The notes beneath the pieces are model-generated. The model worked only from the letters and a program-made list of their open reading frames with translations. It had not been told where the DNA came from and did not search any database. The position numbers and the translations under genes were made by a program. From Ignavibacteria bacterium (GTDB lineage: Bacteria > Bacteroidota > Ignavibacteria > UBA10030 > SZUA-254), in contig QJVY01000092.1 in assembly GCA_003235555.1 (NCBI GenBank), positions 17,257 through 81,256 on the forward strand: DNA of 64,000 nt. Direction: 5' to 3'. Shown piece after piece: positions 56,925-64,000 of the stretch (positions within the stretch are counted from its first letter, which is position 1; every line of letters begins with the position of its first letter).

Positions 56925-57031
56925 CCTATTGTCGATTTTAGCCCGATATGCCCGGATCGCCGTTGAATCCCCGCCCCGGGTCCCTTAATATACGAAAGAA
57001 TCCGCGCCGGGATGCGGCACGGCCGTCCGGC

Positions 57032-59095
57032 TCACTCGTGATCACTCTCCCGGGTAACTTTCAGCTCCGCGCCGTCGTAATGGCAGTATTCGTACCCGAA
57101 GTCGTACTCCCTTTGGCAGGAGGGGCAGTATTTCACCAGCGGCGTCGCCGCCGGGTTCCGGCTCCCCAGCCATTCCCTCCTGAACGACAGCATCCCCTCC
57201 GTCACCGGGAGGCCGGCCTTCTCGAACGTGACGACTTCCATGGCCGGCTCTTCGATGAAGGTGATCCGGCCCGTGCGATGCACTCCGCGCTGGACGTATT
57301 CGATGTCGACCGTCTGTCCCGGTTTGTGTTTACCGAACAGGGAATCGAGGTCCGCCTGCGATGCGACCTTCCCGCCGGCGATCGTCAGGACGGTGTCGAA
57401 CCGGTCGAGGCCGGCCCGGTACCAGGCGCTTGTTTCGACTGTGCCCGACTCCATGACGACCCTGTCGTCGTGGAACCCGACGGTCCCCGGTCCGAAGGAG
57501 GTTTTTCCGCTGTCCTTCATCCTGTAGAGGAGACCCGCGGACTCCAGGAGTTGCCGGTAATCGGCGGCTTCGTGTCCCCCGATATATCTCCGGAAGAAAT
57601 CCTCCGCGAACTCCTTTCCCGCGTACTCTCCGAGCAGCATCCGGAGGTCGTCATTCGTGTAGGGCGTGCCGGTCCTGCCGTGCGTGATCCAGACTCTTTC
57701 CATGAAGCCGTCGAGCGACAGCGGCTCCGCTCCCCCCGACCCGTTCCCCCGTCCCCGCAACGTCAGGTCGAGGGCGGTGGCGATGGCGTCACCGAATGAA
57801 TAGTACGACAGGAAGGTGTTGGCCCAGTTCATCCTGTCGGGAAACTGGGCGCCGTCGGTCAGCGCCGCCTTGGCGCTCATCCCCTCCGCGCTGAAATAAT
57901 TCCTCCCGGGGGCCCGCACGACGCCGTCGAGGTTCCCCCCGAGGCTCGATACGAACCTGTCGATCCCGAAGATCCCCGCCCGCATCCGGAGCAGCCGGCT
58001 GTAATAATTCGTGAAACCTTCAGCGAACCAGAGCTCGGCGGACATATTCGACCGCTCGAAGTCGAACGGTTCCAGCGACCGGGGTCGCATCCGCTCCACG
58101 TTCCACGCGTGGAAGAATTCGTGGGTGACCGTCCCCAGGTGGCCTACGGCGTCCGTCTTCAGCGGCCGGGTGGACAGGATGAACGTCGAGTTCCGGTGCT
58201 CCATCCCGTCGCCGGCGATCCAGGGGAGGTAGTCCACGATGAAGGTGTACGTCCCGTTGTCGAACCGGGGAAATTCCCCGAACACCGTCCATTCCTCCTC
58301 CACCACCCGCCTGCACATCGAGGCGAATGCCTCCGCCTCGGCCTCCGAGCCCTTGTGGTGAAGGGCGAGCCTGAACGTGTACGTGCTGTCGCGGTCCTTC
58401 ACCTCCCACGTCCGGAGTGTGAAATCGCTGATCTCGGTGGGGCTGTCCATGAAATACTGCAGCTCCGGGGCGGTGAACATCCGGGGATGGTGCGTCCCGA
58501 ACAGCTGCGTGGCGATCTTCCATCCCGATCCATGCGGGATTTTGAATTCGATCTCGACGGGCCGCGATTCCATCCCGCGGGCCCAGGCGAAGGTGGCCGG
58601 CATATTCAGGTGCGCGTGACTCGCGTCGATCCCCGTGAACGTGCCGTTCCCGTAATCGCCGTACAGGGTGTACCTGATCTCGACGGTGCCGTCGTGCCCC
58701 GCGACGTTCCACTGGTGGGGGTCCGGCCGGGTCACCGCGAGCTCGCGCCCGCGGCCGTCGACCGCCCTGAAATTGTAGACGTTCCGCGAGAAATCCATCC
58801 GGCCGTATCTGCCGGGCGAGGAGACGCTCATTCGGACCTCGAGGGTATCCCGGTTCACGTCCCTGAACAGCACCGTCACCTCCGCCTCGTGGTGGACCGC
58901 GTTGTCGAAGGATATCGTGTAGCCCACCGGGCCCTCCCGGGGCGGTTTATCGGGTGCGACCGGGGGCGCGGCGGACAACGACAGTGTGTGCATCGTCAGA
59001 ATGGCCAGGATGACCGCTGTTCGCGGCGCCCGTCCGGCCCCGGGCGGGACGCCCAAACCGGTGGTTCCCGTGTCAGTTGAACTTGTTTCCATCAT
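57032..59095 (-). CDS. M61 family glycyl aminopeptidase with C-terminal PDZ-like domain.
   Basis: Zinc motif HEFFHAWN...E. Signal peptide after the Met at 59095 (MMETSS...). Its start forms a 4-nt ATGA overlap with the upstream gene's stop. The upstream 198 codons of the track ORF are rejected. Confidence 0.8.
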   Translation of the reverse strand: MMETSSTDTGTTGLGVPPGAGRAPRTAVILAILTMHTLSLSAAPPVAPDKPPREGPVGYTISFDNAVHHEAEVTVLFRDVNRDTLEVRMSVSSPGRYGRMDFSRNVYNFRAVDGRGRELAVTRPDPHQWNVAGHDGTVEIRYTLYGDYGNGTFTGIDASHAHLNMPATFAWARGMESRPVEIEFKIPHGSGWKIATQLFGTHHPRMFTAPELQYFMDSPTEISDFTLRTWEVKDRDSTYTFRLALHHKGSEAEAEAFASMCRRVVEEEWTVFGEFPRFDNGTYTFIVDYLPWIAGDGMEHRNSTFILSTRPLKTDAVGHLGTVTHEFFHAWNVERMRPRSLEPFDFERSNMSAELWFAEGFTNYYSRLLRMRAGIFGIDRFVSSLGGNLDGVVRAPGRNYFSAEGMSAKAALTDGAQFPDRMNWANTFLSYYSFGDAIATALDLTLRGRGNGSGGAEPLSLDGFMERVWITHGRTGTPYTNDDLRMLLGEYAGKEFAEDFFRRYIGGHEAADYRQLLESAGLLYRMKDSGKTSFGPGTVGFHDDRVVMESGTVETSAWYRAGLDRFDTVLTIAGGKVASQADLDSLFGKHKPGQTVDIEYVQRGVHRTGRITFIEEPAMEVVTFEKAGLPVTEGMLSFRREWLGSRNPAATPLVKYCPSCQREYDFGYEYCHYDGAELKVTRESDHE

Positions 59096-60444
59096 TCCGC
59101 CCTGAGATTGATCGTGAGGTGTGAACGAAGCCCGGCTTTTTCGAGCTCGACGAGGACCGGACGGTAGATCGCGGGATGGGTCGGTATATGGCACCCCGTC
59201 AGCGGGATCTTCCCGTTCAGGATCAGGCGCGTGGTGATGGCCAGGGGGAGTCCCACCGTTCTGGAGATCGCCGTCTCGCCGCGGGGTTTTCCGTATTCGA
59301 TCATCGTGTCCGTGATTTTCTCCAGCCGGTTTTTTTCCTTCGGGTAGAGCGCCTCGACCTCGTGCACGAGGATCACCATGTCCCGGGCACCGTTCGGAAG
59401 CCGGAGTTTTTCCTGCATGAGGTGGATCATGACGTCGGCGGCGGTCTCCACGTCCAGCCCGATTTTGTCTTTCGAGAAGAGCCCCAGCCATTTCAGGTTT
59501 TGCATGATATGGCCCGTGGGGCTGATGCCGAGGTAGCTCGCCATCTGCTGTTCGAGCTTCATTTTCCCCTCGATCGCCGGGACGAACATTTCGGTCAGCT
59601 CCCGGTAGGTCATCTCCCGGAGGTTGGGAATCCGGAGCGATTCGTTGGCGAGGCCGAGGTGGACGATCCACTGCCAGGTCTCGCTCCATCCCGGGTACCG
59701 GAGCGTCCCGCGGACGATCGTGTGGTTCTGCCTCAGTCCCAGGATGTGCTCGTAGGCGAGGGAGTCACGGTTCGGGTACGCCTCCATCGTGCCCACGCCC
59801 TCGACCTCGACGATCCACGTCCGCTGGAAGACCTGGTGGAAGGGGAGCACCTTGATCTTGCCGTCCTCCTTGAAGATCGCCCCGTCCTCCCCGGCCATCA
59901 GGACGTTCCGGGGGTTCCAGGTGATCGCGTACTTCAGGGGTCCCGCGGCCACCTCGGGCGCAGGGAGTCCGCTTCCGTATGACCGGAAACTCGTGACGAA
60001 TCCGCCGTTCGACCTGATTTTTTCCAGGATGGCCATGCCTGTCATGTGGTCGATGCCCGGGTCCAGTCCCATCTCGTTCAAAATGAGAATATTCCGCCGG
60101 TGCGCATCGGGTTCCAGCGTGCGGACCCTGATGTCTTCGTACGAAGCGCTCAGCATGTGTGCGTTGTTGTTGAGACAGTCCACCGCGATGAGGTACTGGT
60201 AGGGACGGGTCAGCATGTTGACCACGATGTGGGCCTTGCCGATCATCGAGGCACGTGCGGTCGTATCGTTGATGTCCAGCCCGATCGCCTGGCCCCTCGG
60301 GTGGTTCCGAATGCGGCTCTGCGCGGTGGAGAGGTCCTTGTCACAGACGGTGACGAACCAGTCCTGTTCCTGTGCCTCCTCCAGCAGGTGTGAGATCAGG
60401 TACGAGGTGCTCTTTCCCGCACCGAGGACGAGAATGTGCTTCAT
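59092..60444 (-). CDS. Saccharopine dehydrogenase-like NAD(P)-binding oxidoreductase.
   Basis: N-terminal Rossmann ILVLGAGKSTSYL and saccharopine-dehydrogenase C-terminal domain. 450 aa. Confidence 0.75.
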   Translation of the reverse strand: MKHILVLGAGKSTSYLISHLLEEAQEQDWFVTVCDKDLSTAQSRIRNHPRGQAIGLDINDTTARASMIGKAHIVVNMLTRPYQYLIAVDCLNNNAHMLSASYEDIRVRTLEPDAHRRNILILNEMGLDPGIDHMTGMAILEKIRSNGGFVTSFRSYGSGLPAPEVAAGPLKYAITWNPRNVLMAGEDGAIFKEDGKIKVLPFHQVFQRTWIVEVEGVGTMEAYPNRDSLAYEHILGLRQNHTIVRGTLRYPGWSETWQWIVHLGLANESLRIPNLREMTYRELTEMFVPAIEGKMKLEQQMASYLGISPTGHIMQNLKWLGLFSKDKIGLDVETAADVMIHLMQEKLRLPNGARDMVILVHEVEALYPKEKNRLEKITDTMIEYGKPRGETAISRTVGLPLAITTRLILNGKIPLTGCHIPTHPAIYRPVLVELEKAGLRSHLTINLRAE

Positions 60445-60453
60445 GGCCGTCGC

Positions 60454-61827
60454 TCAGGAATCCCTGGAATCTTTGGAAGCGCTTCCCCCGCGGAGGAGGT
60501 TGTCGTGAAGATACGAAAATTCCGGCGTCAATTCCCCCGCGTGCGCGATGAGCGCCCGGCGGAATTCGTCCGGAAGGTCTAGCGAGGCGGCGGGCCCGGA
60601 AAAATCCACCCGGGCGAGACCGGGGACGAAACGTTCGAGGGCGTTCCCGAACGACTCGGAGGCCTCGTGCGGCAGCTCGGTCGGGAGTTTGTCCACGGCC
60701 ATGACCACCGGGCCCCTGCCCTTCCACCCGTCGGTGACGCGGCCGGTCCGTGGATCGTAGACGAACACCGGGTTGTCCGCGTTGGTTTCCCTGACCGTCA
60801 CCTCGACCGATCCGCCGATATCGCAGGTGATGTCGCCGATGACCCGCAGACGCGGCGCCGTCCCCCCTTTTCCCGCACTCCCCTCTCCCGCGCCGGAAAA
60901 CAGCCGCCTCACATCGTCCCTGCTGATCAGCCGGGGGAAACGCGGCTCCCAGTAAATGCCGTTCACGACGACGGTGAGGTGCGGCAGGTAGTCCGCGAAC
61001 CTGCCGCGGAAGAGGTCGGGACGGGATGCGAATTTTTCGGGGTTGAAACTCCCGCCCTCCGTATCGGCGTACAGATCGGGTTTATGGAACTCGCACTTGT
61101 ACACCTTCCTGTCGGAGAATTTCCCCCGGGCGATGAACGACGCGAGGTCGCAGGGCGCGACCGGCTCCGACGGGAGGAGGTCGTAGAGCTCCTGCGCGGA
61201 CTTCGAAACGTGTCCGTACCCGGTGAATCCCGTGATGAACGGTACGAGGCGCCCGGGAAGCCCCTTCGAGGAGATCTCGTCCCCGATGACCCGCAGCGCC
61301 GCCCTCGCGCGTTCGAGGCGGTCGTATCCGGTCGCGTAGCGCACCGACGAGAAGGGGTTCGGGATACCCTCCCACGCGAGCCTCTTTCCCAGCGCCCACA
61401 GCGTATCGATCATGCCGGCATAGCCCGCGAACGGCCCGAAGAACACCAGCCGTTTCCCGCGGTCGTCCCGCACGAGCTCGTAATCGAACAGGGTGACCCT
61501 GCGGTCGAGGATCTCGCGGAGCATCGGCATGTTATAATCCTGCCCCTTCACCGTGTGCGAAAAAAAACAGTACGCCGAACCGGGGGTGAGGTGGGGCGCG
61601 TAGATCTCCTTGACGCCGAGGATGACGTTGCAGCCGGAGAGATCGTGCGAGATCGACGCCCCTGCGTCCGCGTACGTCGCGTCCGGGAAAACCCGGTTTT
61701 TCCACGGTTCGACGACGACCTTCAGGCCGTGGTCGCTCACCAGGCGCCGGACGTTCGCGGGGGAGAGCGGTGCCCTTCGCTGCGTGTTGTCCTTCGTCTC
61801 TTTGCGGACACCGACCGTCCCTCTCAT
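60454..61827 (-). CDS. Lysine-ketoglutarate reductase-like (alanine dehydrogenase/PNT fold) protein.
   Basis: N-terminal GVRKETKDNTQRRAPLSP and an AlaDH/PNT-type fold typical of LKR domains. Adjacent to the SDH-like gene. Confidence 0.65.
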   Translation of the reverse strand: MRGTVGVRKETKDNTQRRAPLSPANVRRLVSDHGLKVVVEPWKNRVFPDATYADAGASISHDLSGCNVILGVKEIYAPHLTPGSAYCFFSHTVKGQDYNMPMLREILDRRVTLFDYELVRDDRGKRLVFFGPFAGYAGMIDTLWALGKRLAWEGIPNPFSSVRYATGYDRLERARAALRVIGDEISSKGLPGRLVPFITGFTGYGHVSKSAQELYDLLPSEPVAPCDLASFIARGKFSDRKVYKCEFHKPDLYADTEGGSFNPEKFASRPDLFRGRFADYLPHLTVVVNGIYWEPRFPRLISRDDVRRLFSGAGEGSAGKGGTAPRLRVIGDITCDIGGSVEVTVRETNADNPVFVYDPRTGRVTDGWKGRGPVVMAVDKLPTELPHEASESFGNALERFVPGLARVDFSGPAASLDLPDEFRRALIAHAGELTPEFSYLHDNLLRGGSASKDSRDS

Positions 61828-62333
61828 CGACCCCGTGACTTTTTGACGAGCCGTTTGATCAGCCGGATCTGCCCGGCGTGATAGACGTCGTGCGCCCCGA
61901 TGCCGATGATCATGTGGATGTTGGGCTGGCGGCTCCCCCGGGATTTCCTGCCGAGGTCACGGTCGCCGAGGGACGCGACCGCCCTCCGCAGCGAACGGTG
62001 GGTCTCCTCCAGCATCCTGAGGTCCTCCCTCCAGTCGGCCCCCCGGGCGGGACGCCTGAACCAGTCGCTCCCCCGGAGGGGAAAGGACCCCCGCTTCTCG
62101 CCGAGGATGCGGCGCCGCACCGCGTACTTCCAGTAGGCGGCGTGGACGGCGATCTCCCAGATGTTGTGACGGCCGGGGGCGGGTCTGCGCGACGCGTCCT
62201 CCGCGGTGAGCCCCCGGAGGGCTCCCCGCAGGTTCGGGCCGTGCCAGGCGCGCCTGCCGTATCCCTCGTCGATGAGGCGCAGGACGGCTTTCATCGCCGG
62301 TCCGGAGGCGGGTGTTGTTCTTTTTCGCGGCAT
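61824..62333 (-). CDS. DinB/YfiT-like (DinB_2) metal-dependent protein.
   Basis: Four-helix-bundle His triad (HAAYW...HDVYHAGQI). 4-nt overlap with the upstream gene. Confidence 0.55.
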   Translation of the reverse strand: MPRKRTTPASGPAMKAVLRLIDEGYGRRAWHGPNLRGALRGLTAEDASRRPAPGRHNIWEIAVHAAYWKYAVRRRILGEKRGSFPLRGSDWFRRPARGADWREDLRMLEETHRSLRRAVASLGDRDLGRKSRGSRQPNIHMIIGIGAHDVYHAGQIRLIKRLVKKSRGR

Positions 62334-62454
62334 GGGGTCGGTCTCCTCTGTTCGGTTGGATGGTCGTCCGGGTCAAAACTGGCGACGGCCCCGACAGGGG
62401 CCGCCGCCGACACACGCCGGACAACCGTGAATCGAAATCCGGTGTTCGCGGGAA

Positions 62455-63057
62455 TTATTTCCCGGCTTTGTCCATCGTCTCCTGTTCGGCGGCCCGTTCC
62501 GCGACGGTCCACGGCGGCACCACATTGTTCATCCGGGCGTAGGCGATCGACTGCCCGAGGTGTTCGTGAATGTGTCCCACCGCCTCGAGCATCGCGTGCC
62601 TCTTGGTCATTTCGGTCCCGAAAAAATTCATCGTCTCATCGAGCTGCGCGGGGGTGACTTTCTGGGCGGAGGCGCGGAGAAAACTGAACGACGCCTTCAG
62701 GATGTCGGCGATTGTGGACAGGTCGGTTGTCTGCGTGTCCCATTTTTTTATGTCCATGGAGAAATTCACGTCGGCCGGGGGTTCGAATCCCACGAGCTTC
62801 ATCATGAGATAGTTCCCGAACGCGACGTGGAGGTAGGTTTCGCTAACCGACCTCACGCCCTCCATCGGGCGCCAGGATTCCTTACCCTTCATCGCCCCCT
62901 CGAGGGCCAGGAGTTTTCCCTCGGCCGCTTCGACAGCGCCGGTGAAATCCTTGATGAACGGGGACCCGGCCTCGCCGGACGAGCCCTGCCCGAAGGCTGT
63001 GGACGCGATCGAAAGCGACAGGATGACCGCGAAAGTAACCAATAGCGAAATTTTCAT
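62455..63057 (-). CDS. Secreted DinB family protein.
   Basis: Signal peptide and HIHEHLGQ His-rich motif. 200 aa. Confidence 0.55.
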   Translation of the reverse strand: MKISLLVTFAVILSLSIASTAFGQGSSGEAGSPFIKDFTGAVEAAEGKLLALEGAMKGKESWRPMEGVRSVSETYLHVAFGNYLMMKLVGFEPPADVNFSMDIKKWDTQTTDLSTIADILKASFSFLRASAQKVTPAQLDETMNFFGTEMTKRHAMLEAVGHIHEHLGQSIAYARMNNVVPPWTVAERAAEQETMDKAGK

Positions 63058-63170
63058 GATTTTTGACTCCTTAGATAATATATTGAGGGTGGAACAAACG
63101 TGACTGGGGTGATTAACCCGACAATGTAATCAGTCCCGGCCTCTGAATCAACCCATACGCGGTTCCCGGT

Positions 63171-64000
63171 TCACCGTCGGCGGGTGGGGCGGCCCTCCCC
63201 GGCGTAGATTTTCGCGTATTTTTTCGCGCTTTCCCCCCATCCGAATCTGGCCTTCCGGGCTGCCTCCACCACCTCTTTCCACCCCCGTGGATCGTCGCGG
63301 CGGAGATCGAGGGCCCGCCTGACTGTCCCCACGAAATTGTCCACTTTTTCGACCAGCGTCGAACCCCCGAATGTAAACCCGTCCCCGCCGTCGATGACGG
63401 TGTCCTTCAGCCCCCCCACCGCGTGTACGAGGCAGGGCTGACCCTCGCGCATCGCCTGCATCTGCGTGATCCCGCACGGCTCGTACGAACTCGGCATCAC
63501 GAATAGGTCACCCCGCGTGAACAGGCCGCGCGCCGATTCCCTGTAGAAACCGTTGAGAAAGATGAAAGATTCGTACCTCCGGAAGGCCTCCCCGAGGGCC
63601 TTTTCGTATTCATCCGCGCCGGAACCGATGAAAATGTACCCGGCCCCCCGTTCGGTGACCAGGGAGAGGATGCGCTCCAGCGCGGTCCTCCCGTCGCTTC
63701 CCTTCTCGAACATCAACCGGACCTTCTGTTCGGAAATCCTCGTGACGCTCGACAGCACGAACCTCCCGGTGCCGTCCAGAATCCTGCGGACGCGGCGGGG
63801 GATCTCGTCGGCGAAGGGCGCCCGGATGCGGTCCGGGGCCCCGGAGATTTCGGCGATGATCGTCTTCGCGAGTGCTTCGTCGTCGACGCCCGGATCCGCC
63901 GCCCTGGACGCGGTCTCCGGACGCGCAGGGTATTCCACGCCGTTCAGGATCCCGACGAGCCGGCCCTCGTCGTGCGCCGCCCTCAGCGCCACCTCCAGCC
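63171..64000 (-). CDS. glgA: Glycosyltransferase family 1 / glycogen(starch) synthase-like, C-terminal part; the gene continues past the window end.
   Basis: GT-B C-terminal domain with FVMPSSYEPCGITQMQAMREG (the GlgA E-x7-E region). Confidence 0.7.
   Translation of the reverse strand, partial: LEVALRAAHDEGRLVGILNGVEYPARPETASRAADPGVDDEALAKTIIAEISGAPDRIRAPFADEIPRRVRRILDGTGRFVLSSVTRISEQKVRLMFEKGSDGRTALERILSLVTERGAGYIFIGSGADEYEKALGEAFRRYESFIFLNGFYRESARGLFTRGDLFVMPSSYEPCGITQMQAMREGQPCLVHAVGGLKDTVIDGGDGFTFGGSTLVEKVDNFVGTVRRALDLRRDDPRGWKEVVEAARKARFGWGESAKKYAKIYAGEGRPTRRR

Noticed and set aside
59096-59689. 198-codon N-terminal extension of the M61 peptidase ORF.
   Set aside because: Arg/Pro/Gly-rich with no signal peptide. 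It overlaps the coding region of the upstream saccharopine dehydrogenase gene. The internal Met at 59095 gives a signal peptide and an ATGA junction.
62777-62790. GGTTCGAATCC tRNA T-loop-like motif on the plus strand; a similar GGTTCGAATTC occurs at 5115-5125.
   Set aside because: Both lie inside coding sequences. 62777-62790 is the reverse complement of the G-F-E-P codons of the DinB-like gene. No acceptor or anticodon arms can be formed around them, so no tRNA is called.

Overview
This 64 kb window is a high-GC, gene-dense bacterial chromosomal segment, coding mostly on the minus strand. There are no rRNA or tRNA genes, CRISPR arrays, or recognisable transposases/IS elements. Three secreted proteins carry a C-terminal 'NYPNPFNP...' Por/T9SS sorting domain, and the metabolism looks anaerobic. 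Together these suggest an FCB-group-like organism (Ignavibacteriota/Kapabacteria/Calditrichota/Gemmatimonadota-like); this is an inference only.

The central feature is a compact extracellular-electron-transfer-like region at about 6.4-23.1 kb. It contains:
- an operon encoding an outer-membrane beta-barrel, a periplasmic 12-heme cytochrome c and two multiheme lipoprotein cytochromes, translationally coupled and ending in an intrinsic terminator;
- two recently duplicated ~700-aa nine-heme cytochromes, each ending in a T9SS C-terminal sorting domain, each with its own sigma-54-type promoter and a duplicated GC hairpin/U-tract terminator;
- a tetraheme periplasmic cytochrome behind a near-consensus sigma-54 promoter and a canonical terminator;
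- a sigma-54-promoted operon ccmF (heme lyase) -> sensor histidine kinase whose periplasmic domain carries a CxxCH heme-c motif -> NtrC-family sigma-54 activator, with a stand-alone CheY-like receiver gene just downstream under its own sigma-54 promoter.

A second PAS-kinase/NtrC pair and a single-heme 'haem-binding domain' protein follow. Five sigma-54-type promoter motifs (TGGCAT/C-N5-TTGC) and two kinase/enhancer-binding-protein pairs point to a sigma-54 regulon controlling multiheme cytochrome expression.

Flanking genes:
- PFOR C-terminus, a dihydroorotate-dehydrogenase-like partner and a NapH-type membrane polyferredoxin;
- hemerythrin, ferredoxin, buk and ptb;
- Ada, and a GMC oxidoreductase with its small subunit;
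- T9SS-targeted BNR beta-propeller and S15 peptidase, plus M3, M61 and S41 peptidases;
- an LKR/SDH lysine-catabolism pair, two DinB-like proteins, PAP2 phosphatases and SDR epimerases;
- a GlgA-like fragment at the 3' edge.

Many long antisense ORFs in the supplied track are rejected as GC-driven artefacts.
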